Shown in pieces: positions 1 through 9,559 of a stretch of DNA of 64,000 nucleotides (its first letter is position 1; every line of letters begins with the position of its first letter). The translations under genes were made by a program, and so were the position numbers. The DNA is from an uncultured Methanomassiliicoccales archaeon (GTDB lineage Archaea > Thermoplasmatota > Thermoplasmata > Methanomassiliicoccales > UBA472), in the NCBI GenBank assembly GCA_963695345.1, contig OY968769.1, positions 192,001 to 256,000 of the forward strand, in the 5' to 3' direction. Below the pieces are notes generated by a model, which worked only from the letters and a program-made list of their open reading frames with translations, was not told the origin of the DNA and made no database searches.

Positions 1-419
1 GCCTGCTCATTTCAGCGGTGGTGATGTCGATCTCGCTATTGGTGTTCGGGGTGACGATAAGGGGAGACCTATGGCTGGTGGCCTTCCTGATCTTCCTTTT
101 CGCGGTCGGCGTGGTGATGTTGGCGGTGCTGCTATCGCGGTTGGCCAAGAACGAGTTCCAGGCGGTCCAGCTGGCGCCGATGATAGCCCTGCCCTCCATG
201 GCGCTGTCCGGGTTCATAGTGCCGGTGGCCACGCTCCCCGGATGGTTGCAGGTGGTTTCGAACTTCATCCCGTTGACCTACGCGATCGATGCTCTAAGGA
301 CGGTGATGCTGAGAGGCGGCGGGGTCCAGGACATTGCCTTGGACCTAGTCGCCTTGGGCATATTCGCGCTATTGGCATTTGTCGGGGCGGCACTCGTATC
401 CAGGGAGACGATCGCATGA
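1..419 (+). CDS. ABC-2 type transporter permease, C-terminal part (5' end outside the window)
   Basis: Hydrophobic helices plus the motif LSGFIVPVATLPGWLQVVSNFIPLTYAIDALR, typical of ABC-2 membrane subunits. Confidence 0.9.
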   Translation, partial: LLISAVVMSISLLVFGVTIRGDLWLVAFLIFLFAVGVVMLAVLLSRLAKNEFQAVQLAPMIALPSMALSGFIVPVATLPGWLQVVSNFIPLTYAIDALRTVMLRGGGVQDIALDLVALGIFALLAFVGAALVSRETIA

Positions 420-585
420 ACGACATAATGACGAAACGATCCAATATCGGTCATGCCGAGGTCGGTCTTCGTTAGGCTGAATGACTTCCTCACGACCAGG
501 GATTCCCGGTCAATCGTTCCTTATGAAATATTCATCAGAATGTTAGAAATGGGGGTGTGAACATCAGCCCTTTGAGGAAGGAAAC

Positions 586-876
586 ATGGACGGGACGCGC
601 TCTTCGAGATTCGCCAAGGCGGGAGTGGACATCGATGGATCTTGCACGGTCAAGCCGAGCAACTGCGAGAAATGCGGAGCGGAACTGAAGAAGCGCGACT
701 CAGGCTGTGGCTGCAATACGGACGTGGTTTGCCCCAAGTGCGGATACTGCAACTACTGCCATGGGACCAAGAAATGCCAGGAAGAATGCTGTGCTTCCGG
801 AGCGGAGAAAACCCTTCAGACAAAATGTAAAGTGTGCATGGACACCGGCGAGTGCCAACAGTGCCTTTACCGGTGA
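586..876 (+). CDS. Small Cys-rich metal-binding protein (96 aa, 16 Cys)
   Basis: Five CxxC pairs plus CxC and CC; two DnaJ-like CxxCxG/DT motifs; purine-rich GAGGAAGGA upstream of the ATG. Confidence 0.75.
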   Translation: MDGTRSSRFAKAGVDIDGSCTVKPSNCEKCGAELKKRDSGCGCNTDVVCPKCGYCNYCHGTKKCQEECCASGAEKTLQTKCKVCMDTGECQQCLYR

Positions 877-1012
877 GGTGCCTGATAGAAACATGGTCTC
901 TACCTGGTCATGTCGCCATCTGCTGTATCGGCAGGGACTGATTTCTCGCGCCCATTGCCTTTAATAATTTTCAATGAAAATAAAATGTTTTAAGGTCCTG
1001 GAGGACCGCTGA

Positions 1013-1141
1013 TTATTTCTTCTTGCCTTTGGCCGGTTCTGCCTTTCCCTTGGAGTTCCAGGAAGATCCCTTCTTTTCGGCGGTTCCTGCCTTCACGTCT
1101 GCCATTTTTGCTGCCTCTGCGCCCTTCTTCTTCTTGTTCAT
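1013..1141 (-). CDS. Small Lys/Ala-rich basic protein, 42 aa (below the ORF-track cutoff)
   Basis: Hand translation MNKKKKGAEAAKMADVKAGTAEKKGSSWNSKGKAEPAKGKKK*; GGATGTGA RBS-like element upstream; hairpin GGTCCT..AGGACC just downstream. Confidence 0.6.
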   Translation of the reverse strand: MNKKKKGAEAAKMADVKAGTAEKKGSSWNSKGKAEPAKGKKK

Positions 1142-1330
1142 ATAATTCACATCCAAATATTGCAGGCAGGATCAGGGCGACGGAAAGATCCTCGTCAAAG
1201 AACACCAAAACTACGAGCTTAGATGGTCAAGGTTGGCCATATTTATAGTCTATCGCTTTCAATGAAGAGTTCCCCGACATCAAGCAGACTCAGAGAAATC
1301 GTTTTTATGGGTCCGATGTAATCAGCCCCC

Positions 1331-2068
1331 ATGGCCGAGTTGGATGTCGTGGACTGGGAAGGGTTGATCGCCAAGGTCAAAGGTCCATGCGGAGGATGTC
1401 CGAGGAACGCCACGAAAACCCCCCTGTTATTCAACCGGAAAGCGTCCCTGGGCAACGTCGAGTTCATCGTGGTTTCCCAAGAGCCTGGATTCTGGATGAA
1501 TTCATCTCAGGATGGAAAGGAAGAGGATCTTCAGGACAATTGTGCAGGAAAGGGAATAAGCGATACTTCCAGATGTGCAAGAAAGCCAATCCCCTGAGTA
1601 AGGTGTTGGAGATTTTCGATAATTTCGATCCCTGCAATTCTAAGGTGTACTGGACACATGCGTTGAAATGCATTCCGAACAAGAGCGATCGAGATATCAA
1701 CAAAGAATGGAGACGAGCTGCGACCAGATGCAAGGAGATGTTTCTCGATGAGTTCGAGAATCCTGGGAAAAACGAACCTCAATGTCATTGCATTCGGGAA
1801 ATACGCACTTGAACTTTGCCTTAATGTCCTGGACGATCAAGACATTGACCAGGAATTGAGCATCAGCGACTTCATGCAGGGCCACCGGTTGCCTTTGATC
1901 TATAAGCTAAAATTTAAGAATGGAGTAACTAAAACGATAACGTTGTTCATATTCACAAACCCGTCCAGCGATGTGGTCAAGATATCCAAGAGCGGAGGGA
2001 GGATGACCACAGAGGAGATACAGGAAATTGAGACAAAACGGATCCGCGAAATTCTTGGAAAAACATGA
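1331..2068 (+). CDS. Uracil-DNA glycosylase superfamily protein (three ORFs joined across two frameshifts)
   Basis: N-terminal CGGCP, IVVSQEPG (motif A-like), VYWTHALKC, RC..FL..E, VIAFGKYA and FTNPS (motif B-like) appear in UDG order across ORFs 1331, 1387 and 1748. Confidence 0.65.
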
Positions 2069-2264
2069 AATGGCATTTTAAGGAGATCGTCAACTGCGGA
2101 AATGCAGAATGTACCACTCGACATTGCCGAGAACAAGCTAGATAAATGGCTTTATGCAGCTAGTTGTTCTCCAAAGAATTTTTCCAATATGTACCAGGGG
2201 AGAAGCTTAAAGGGAGCAATATCTTCCTACGTACGAATGAGAATATTCTGTCCGAGGATCAATA

Positions 2265-3491
2265 ATGTCAGATTCTGAAGTACCCGGCACTTATGTGGAA
2301 GAGACCTCGTTGACGGCAGAACCGATCGAGGCGCTCGGAACCGGCACGGTCGCGTTCATCGGCGGATCAGTTAAAGGGCCGATACTACAACCGACACTGG
2401 TGACCGATTGGGATCAATTCGAAGGGATTTTTGGTGGCGCGGACTTTTCCAAAAAAGGATTCTGTCTTGGGCATGCTGTCCACTTGTTCTTCCTGAACCA
2501 AGGCCAAGCGGCATATATAGTTCGAGTGGCCGAGGAATCACATCTCGAATCCTCGGGACGTAATAGTGTGGCATACCGGACCGGCCTACCCTGCTTGGAG
2601 AGCATTGATGAGGTAAATTTAGTGGCCATGCCCGATGCCATTGACATATTGGACCAGCAAGAATTAGTCAGACATTGCGAGAAGCTGCGTTACCGCTTCG
2701 CCATCCTTGATTCCCCTCCCGACCCTGAGATGCCTGGGGATGCACACGACGTCATATTGCGTAGGGATAAGATGGAATCGGTAAAGGGCTACGCGGCCAT
2801 CTATTGCCCCTGGATACAGGTGCAGGACGCCGAGACCAAACAGACCCGGATGGTCCCACCGTGCGGGGCTGTCGCCGGTGTCTATTCCAGAACCGATTCC
2901 CAGAAGGGTGTTCACAAGGCACCTGCGAACGAGCCGGTCATCGGAGCCGTGGACACCGAGGTGGCAATGGACCAGAGGGAGATGAACGATCTCAACCGCC
3001 TCGGCGTCAATGTGATCCGGAAGTTCACCGGGCGCGGGTTGCTGGTGTGGGGTTCCCGAACCACCTCAAACGATCCCATCTGGAAATATGTCCAGGTCCG
3101 AAGGACGGTCAACCACCTGGAACGATCGATCTCCAAAGGGACAGAATGGGCCGTCTTCGAACCCCATGACGAGATCACCTGGTCTGAGGTTAAGAGGTCA
3201 GTGGACGAATTCCTGACCAGATCGTGGAAGGATGGGATGTTGCTGGGCACGAGACCGGAGGAGGCCTTCATCGTCCGTTGCGACCGTACCACGATGACCC
3301 AGGCAGACATCGCCAATGAAAAGCTGATCATCGAGGTCGGTGTCGCGCTGATAAGGCCATCGGAACTCATGATATTCCGTGTTTCCCATGACATGGAAAG
3401 GGTGGGCCCGAGGAAGCTGGTCGATAAGACGCTCGATGCTCCCAAAAAGAAGAAGCACTACTATATGGCCAGGACGATGCCGAAGGACTGA
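2265..3491 (+). CDS. Contractile phage-tail / eCIS sheath protein
   Basis: PGTYVEE N-terminus, AFIG..KGP..PTLVT.W..F..FG, YAAIYCPWI, VPPCGAVAG, GVHKAPANE, VWGSRT, WKYVQVRR, WAVFEP, CDRTTMT. Confidence 0.93.
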   Translation: MSDSEVPGTYVEETSLTAEPIEALGTGTVAFIGGSVKGPILQPTLVTDWDQFEGIFGGADFSKKGFCLGHAVHLFFLNQGQAAYIVRVAEESHLESSGRNSVAYRTGLPCLESIDEVNLVAMPDAIDILDQQELVRHCEKLRYRFAILDSPPDPEMPGDAHDVILRRDKMESVKGYAAIYCPWIQVQDAETKQTRMVPPCGAVAGVYSRTDSQKGVHKAPANEPVIGAVDTEVAMDQREMNDLNRLGVNVIRKFTGRGLLVWGSRTTSNDPIWKYVQVRRTVNHLERSISKGTEWAVFEPHDEITWSEVKRSVDEFLTRSWKDGMLLGTRPEEAFIVRCDRTTMTQADIANEKLIIEVGVALIRPSELMIFRVSHDMERVGPRKLVDKTLDAPKKKKHYYMARTMPKD

Positions 3492-3510
3492 ACTTTTTAT
3501 TGGAAGACCT

Positions 3511-4326
3511 TTACGAATCGAATGCCTGCTCCAGCCTCAATGAATGCTCGGCGCATGCCTTTCCTATCATCTTTTCCAATGACCGGGCGCTGTCCCGATC
3601 CGCCAAGGCCTTCTGGTACCGGTGGTTATAGGGTTCTGTCCCCATGAGCGGCAGCCTTGCCATGGCCTCTACCATCCCTGGCCGGTATCGCATCCGATCG
3701 ACCATCAGTCTCTTGGTGCCAGTAGCGGCGATCGACCGGACCAGGTCGTTAAGGTCGCCTTCCACCAGCATCGGCAGGACCGGCCCGACCATCGCATAGG
3801 TGTTCAGTCCGGCCTCGGTGATCTTCCGGAGAGCTTCGAGCCGGACCGATGGAAGAGGCGCCCCAGGTTCGAAAGCTCGTGAAATCCTGTCGTCGACCGA
3901 GGTTATGGTGATGCCCACTTCCGGTCTCTTCGTCGACGCTATCAGCTCGATATCCCTCACGACCAGGTCGGACTTGGTCAAGATCGAGATCGGATTGTCG
4001 TGACGGACGATCTCCATCAGGCATTTCCTTGTGACCAGACAGCTCTTCTCCAGCGGCTGGTAGGGGTCGGTGACGGTCCCGATGCCGATCACTCCCCGCT
4101 TATTCCTGATCTCCTTGGCCAATAGCGTGGGCAGGTTCGAACGCACCCCGACCTCCTTCCCCCATTTCACCGGGTCCTTGTGCAGCACGTCCGGCGCAAA
4201 GCAGTAGATGCAGTCATGCTCACATCCGACATATGGATTGAGTGCGTAGTCCATCCCGGGCAGGTTCGACCTGGGCAATGCGGTCGACGCCCTTACTTCG
4301 TACGCCTTTACGGTGGGCAGAGGCAT
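3511..4326 (-). CDS. Radical SAM protein, spore-photoproduct-lyase (SplB)-like family
   Basis: LNPYVGCEHDCIYCFA (CxxxCxxC), GTVTDPYQPLE, ILTKS, FEPGAP; GGAGG upstream of ATG 4326. Confidence 0.88.
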   Translation of the reverse strand: MPLPTVKAYEVRASTALPRSNLPGMDYALNPYVGCEHDCIYCFAPDVLHKDPVKWGKEVGVRSNLPTLLAKEIRNKRGVIGIGTVTDPYQPLEKSCLVTRKCLMEIVRHDNPISILTKSDLVVRDIELIASTKRPEVGITITSVDDRISRAFEPGAPLPSVRLEALRKITEAGLNTYAMVGPVLPMLVEGDLNDLVRSIAATGTKRLMVDRMRYRPGMVEAMARLPLMGTEPYNHRYQKALADRDSARSLEKMIGKACAEHSLRLEQAFDS

Positions 4327-4354
4327 TCTGTCCTCCATCATGAAGAAGTCCAGG

Positions 4355-5650
4355 TCACGCGTAATCATCGATCCTCCTCTGCCTCATGAAGTCCTTCACG
4401 ACCTCGCTGGTCTCGATCCACCGGGACAATGGGATGTCCATCCTTCCCTGCACATGGGCCAGCGCCTCGTTCATCGTGTTGAACTTCGAGGGAGGCATGG
4501 TCAGCGCCTTCCGGACGTTCTCGCGCACGTTCCACACACCGACCGGCATGATGTAACCCGGATGCGCCTCGCGGAATATGACCGCCCCGGCCTGGCGGCG
4601 CTCTTTCATTAGAACTTCGTTGCAGGCCATGCGCGCCGCGTAGTAGCAGCCGCCTATCTCAGCGTAGTCCTTTCTCCCTTCGTAGAACTCGTGTGACGAT
4701 ATGATCTCGATCTGCTTGCCCAGGGGGTTCCAGACCGTGTTCGGGTACCAGGCCTCGATCAGCTCATAGCGCCACGACGTGGGCATGAACATGACGCACC
4801 AGCGGTTGTCCAGCTGGTCCCAGTCATAGATGCGGAACTCGTTGATCAGCGGATACGTCTTGGTATGCTTGAGCATGTCCTTGCCGATCATGTCGTCGAC
4901 GGCGGTGATGCTCCACCGGGTCGGCACCAGCTTGCGGTTCTTCTCCAGGCCGAACGCGCCCACGCTGAACGCCTTCTGCAGCCGGGAGATCATGACGCCG
5001 TTCTTGTACAGGTCGGTGACCGCCTGTGTTGCCAGCAGGTCGGTGTCGTAGTACGCTTTCTCGATCTTGTGGTCGTACTTGGGGTTGGTGATGCTCAGCT
5101 TCTCCAGACGAGCGGAGGGACCGAACGGCTGGATCTCGTCGTCCAGGACTATCTTGCCGGATGGACGTTTGGCGAAGTTCGCCTCGACGTCGACGGAGTT
5201 GATGGAAAGGCCTAGCTCCCGGGTGAAGTCGACTATCTTGCCCCCGTTCTGGAAGTCCTTCACCGAGACGCTGTATTTGCCTCGTACCAACTTGAACCGG
5301 AAGTCGACTATCTCCTGGATCGATTTTCCCATCCACTGTTCAGGAGTGTCCATGATGGAGGTGTCGCCCATCTCCGGCGGGACCAGTGGCCCGATGTCTA
5401 CCTTTGGATAGCCATAGCGGCCTACGAAGACCCCTGGGGGCGTACTGCCTGCCAGGTCCAGGCTGTCAATGAGCTTGCGGGTCCTCGACTGGGAATAGAA
5501 CTTGACCATCAACGCGCAGGTGGGCTTGCCGCAGAGGTTCTTGGAACCCTTGCAGATGACGCAGGGGCTTCCTCGTGAAGGGGCTGCGCTGGTCGATGCC
5601 AATGAATTGAACAATGCCTTTGAACCGACTGGAGCGCTGGGCGTTGCCAT
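4355..5650 (-). CDS. nreA: Nre family DNA repair protein (PCNA-interacting)
   Basis: N-terminal CxxCKG..LCG..C cluster, PP.VFVGR.GYPKV, LVPTRWSITAVD, GGCYYAAR, PVGVWNVRE, C-terminal PIP-like QRRIDDY. Confidence 0.9.
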   Translation of the reverse strand: MATPSAPVGSKALFNSLASTSAAPSRGSPCVICKGSKNLCGKPTCALMVKFYSQSRTRKLIDSLDLAGSTPPGVFVGRYGYPKVDIGPLVPPEMGDTSIMDTPEQWMGKSIQEIVDFRFKLVRGKYSVSVKDFQNGGKIVDFTRELGLSINSVDVEANFAKRPSGKIVLDDEIQPFGPSARLEKLSITNPKYDHKIEKAYYDTDLLATQAVTDLYKNGVMISRLQKAFSVGAFGLEKNRKLVPTRWSITAVDDMIGKDMLKHTKTYPLINEFRIYDWDQLDNRWCVMFMPTSWRYELIEAWYPNTVWNPLGKQIEIISSHEFYEGRKDYAEIGGCYYAARMACNEVLMKERRQAGAVIFREAHPGYIMPVGVWNVRENVRKALTMPPSKFNTMNEALAHVQGRMDIPLSRWIETSEVVKDFMRQRRIDDYA

Positions 5651-5972
5651 TATGTTCCATTGCTAGCCGGAACGGGGTATTTGACCTTAACCCCCGGCTC
5701 ACCGAATGGATATGATGCAAGGGACGCGGTCGAAGGGCCCCAGGAGATAGCCATTCGAAGTTCGCTCATTGGGGGCCTAAGAATTCATTCCTATTTACAG
5801 GGCAGAGCGAGGTAGGCAGGTTCGGGGAAAGGGGTGTGCTGAAACTCGACAATCCGCCTCTCCAACAGCATACCTGTAAAGCATGATATTCGTTCATTGC
5901 ATCATTTTATGATAAACTGGGACAATGGGGTTGCTCAAAGGACTAAATCATTCTTTTAAATGGGGGTCGAAA

Positions 5973-8514
5973 ATGTTGGAGAATGGAAAGATCGTCGTCG
6001 CAGGTGATGTGACCATAGATTGGATACAGTGGGTAACGAAACAAGGCGAATATCCAGATGGCACAATATCGTTTAACTGGACCTTGTTTCCGGGCACACG
6101 AATGAAGGCTGAGCCGGGGGGAGCCATTCTTATAGCCCGAATGGTGAGAACGGCGACGAACGTCGAGGTCGCGACCCATGAATTGTCAGGTATCGAAAAC
6201 ATTCCTCCGGAAAAGGTCCTCCATTCCATTGTCCTTCTCGATTCTTATCCTATTACTGTCGAAGGAAAGGAGAAGGTCTATCGTGTTAAGCAGCAAGGTG
6301 GCTTCAGCGGGCCTCTGAACGGAGGATTGAGGCCGCTACCAATAGTCAATGACGATGCAGGCACCCGTCTGGTCATCCTGGACGATGCAGGAAATGGTTT
6401 TCGCGACGATCGGACTGAATGGCCACAGGCGATCCTGAAAAATGGAAAATGAACCGATGATCATCCTCAAGATGATTCGACCTCTGGCCTCAGGAGCTTT
6501 ATGGGACCATCTGGTGGCCGAACATGCGGAGAATCTGATAGTCGTCATAAATGCCAACGACCTCAGGGAGATGGGAGTCAATATCAGTGGACGACTCTCC
6601 TGGGAGCAGACCGCTGAGGACTTCTCATGGCAGATTGTCAACAATCCCCGAATAAGGTCCCTCGCTGCCTGTAAGAACCTCATAGTGCGATTCGGGCTGG
6701 ATGGGGCAATTCAATACTCGAACAATGATGGTAAGATCAAGGCTGCTCTTTTTTTCGATCCAAAATCATGCGAAGATGAGTTCAAAGAACATCTAAAAGG
6801 AGAGATGCAGGGTGAGATGGCGGCCTTCGTGGCCGCGCTCGCCTCGAGAATTAATGGTGAAGGTTTAGATGGTATCGAAGGCGGGATATGCGATGGCATC
6901 CTAAGGTCCAGACAGCTGCTGAGATCGGGGTTCGGGCCCGCCAATAGGGAACCTGCTTACCCCATATCGGCAATCTTCGGATCGAGCATCGATGCGAAGA
7001 CCATATGCAAGGTTCACATACCAACTTTCATTAACAAAGGGTCGAACGATGGAGACAACTGGAGGATACTCGAGGAGTGCACCAGGGGACGATTGGAGTC
7101 CATCGCCTACCAAGCGGTTCTAAAACCGACCGAGGAGTCTATGGACGCGGCTCCCAACGCCAGGTTCGGGGCGCTTTTCACCTTCGATAGGATCGAGATC
7201 GAGAGCTATCGCAGCATCAGGAACCTGATGACCGAGTATCTGGAACGGAAGGATGCCAAGGCTCCTCTCTCCATGGCGGTGTTCGGACCGCCGGGTTCGG
7301 GAAGTCATTCGGGGTGACACAACTGGCAATGGGCATCGATCCCGAAAGGGTTGTCAAAATGGAGTTCAATGTCGCCCAGTTCACCTCCGTCGATGACCTT
7401 ACCGACGCGTTCCACAAGCTAAGGGACCTGGTACTTGAGGGTAAGGTCCCCTTGGTATTCTTCGACGAGTTCGATGCCTCGTTCAATGGGGAACTGGGAT
7501 GGCTCAAGTATTTCCTGGCCCCGATGCAGGACGGCCTGTTCAAGGACGGGGAGACGATGCACCCTGTTGGCAAATCGATCTTTGTCTTCGCTGGAGGGAC
7601 GAGCAACACCTTCCAGCAGTTCTCCAGGGAGCACCGTCGATGGATAGACGGTTGACGATGAAAGCATGCTGAAGAAGTTCAGGGAAGCAAAAGGAACGGA
7701 CTTTGTCAGCAGACTAAGAGGCTACGTCAACGTCATGGGACCGAACCGTGCTGGGGATGACGACGCGTTTTTCATCATCAGGAGGGCGCTGCTCTTCCGT
7801 TCTCTGCTGGAGAGAAAAGCACCGCAAATTTTCGATGACCGCGGAAACGCGCGGATCGACCCGGGAGTTCTGCGCGGCTTCCTGAAAGTCCCGACGTACA
7901 AGCACGGGGCGAGATCGATGGAGGCGATCATCGATATGAGCATACTTGCGGGGAAGATACGTTACGATCAAGCGTGCCTGCCGCCGGCCAAACAGCTCGA
8001 TCTCCATGTCGACTCGGCGATGTTCTCAAAGCTCGTCCTGCGTGATGTTCTCTTCGGCGACGCAATGGAACGTCTGGCGAGAGCGATATACGAACAATAT
8101 CACATCGATCAGAAGGATAAGCAGTACCCCGACGAAGCGGCCATGCAGCCGTGGGGAAGCTTGGGGGAGGACCTAAGGCGATCCAATCGAGAGCAGGCGC
8201 AACAGATCCCTGAAAAGCTCCTACGTATTGGCTACGATTTCATGCCATTTTCAGAGAGACCAACAACATCCCTCGTCCTATCAGACGAACAACTTGAGGT
8301 CCTCGCAGAAATGGAGCATCAGAGATGGGTCGCTGAACGATTGGAGGAAGGATGGACCTATGGAAATCCACGAGACCCGGAAAGGAGGGTCAGCCCTTAC
8401 CTGGTTCCCTGGCAGGAGCTAAACGAGGAAGTGAAGGGCTGGGACAGGAACGCGGTGAGAAAAATTCCCGATCTTCTAATGATGGCGGGTTTCGAGGCAT
8501 ATAGATTACAATGA
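5973..8514 (+). CDS. Multidomain protein: PfkB/ribokinase-like N-terminus + P-loop ATPase + C-terminal RyR domain (four ORFs joined across three frameshifts)
   Basis: IVVAGDVTIDW..PGGA N-terminus; Walker A GPPGSGKS(FGV) restored by adding one G near 7305; Walker B LVFFDEFD; FVFAGGT; HGARSMEAII; RyR motifs LARAIYEQY, PW..L.ED.R.SN, LAEMEHQRW..GWTYG..SPYLVPW..L. Confidence 0.8.
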
Positions 8515-8841
8515 ATTTGAGGACTTGTGGCTGACAAAGCATTCCAAGAATTTCGACATAGTTTGAATGCGATCCACCATGATTTACATGGCGCCAATCG
8601 ATAGCCCATTGCTCAAGATACGAACTACTATCAATTCCATTTAAAGAAGGTTAGTCCATCTTCATTATTAATATAATATATTTAAAGGAATTAAAGTTAC
8701 GTTCGGCAACAACCTTTTGGAAGGGCGGGACGAATGCTCAATTGAAATGAGCTCCCTAGCCTCCTATTTATTCCATTGTTAGTCATTATCTAGTTACACA
8801 ATTATGGTTTGCAGAGATCGGGGGCAGGGGAGGTCCAATTC

Positions 8842-9546
8842 GTGTTTGGTAAACCGAATATTGTGAAGATGGAGCAGAACAAAGATATCGAGGGGCTCAT
8901 CAAAGCGTTGATCTATGAAAAGGATGACAAGATCCGATCTGACGCTGCCGTGGCCCTCAGCCACATAGGAGACCTTCGTGCCGTTGAACCTTTATTGAGA
9001 GCAACAAACGATTCTGACCATCGCGTTCGTTCAGTGGCAGCGGTTGCCATAAACGATATCCGGAAAAATCATAGTAAAGAAGATGGAGAAAAAACGGTCA
9101 GACCAGAAAAAGGTGCAATTTCTTCTAACAATTCTGCGATTGAAAGTAAAGTCGAAAAAAAAACTGAGGGAGGCCATCCAAAAGATGTTTGGGGCGGTTC
9201 CGAACCGATTGATGGAAGAGTCGATGACACCAAGAAGCGTTCCATCACTGTCTTCGTCTCCTCCACTTTCAGAGACATGCAGGCCGAGCGGGACGATCTC
9301 CTAGAAGAGGACTTCTCCGAACTTAGGAAAATCTGCGAACAGCGTGACGTGACATGGGGAGAGGTCGACCTTCGCTGGGGCATAACCGATGATGAGAAAG
9401 CGGAAGGAAAGGTCCTTCCCATCTGCCTGGCAGAGATCGATCGCTGCAGACCTTACTTCATCGGTATGCTCGGGGAGAGATCCGGATACGGTTCATGTGG
9501 TTCATTTGCGCTATTTTGTCAGCTAGATTTTATAAATTCTCGGTAA
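8842..9546 (+). CDS. HEAT-repeat + truncated DUF4062 domain protein
   Basis: GTG start after GGAGGT; MFGKPNI..DIEGLIKAL..DAAVAL.HIGDLRAVEPL (HEAT); VFVSSTFRDMQAERD..VDLRWGI..ICLAEIDRCRPYFIGMLGER (DUF4062). Similarity ends abruptly at about 9480. Confidence 0.8.
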   Translation: MFGKPNIVKMEQNKDIEGLIKALIYEKDDKIRSDAAVALSHIGDLRAVEPLLRATNDSDHRVRSVAAVAINDIRKNHSKEDGEKTVRPEKGAISSNNSAIESKVEKKTEGGHPKDVWGGSEPIDGRVDDTKKRSITVFVSSTFRDMQAERDDLLEEDFSELRKICEQRDVTWGEVDLRWGITDDEKAEGKVLPICLAEIDRCRPYFIGMLGERSGYGSCGSFALFCQLDFINSR

Positions 9547-9559
9547 GAACTTGCGAATT

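Noticed and set aside
2265-3491. Prophage or complete eCIS locus around the sheath gene
   Set aside because: No tube, baseplate, capsid, terminase or integrase genes in the flanks
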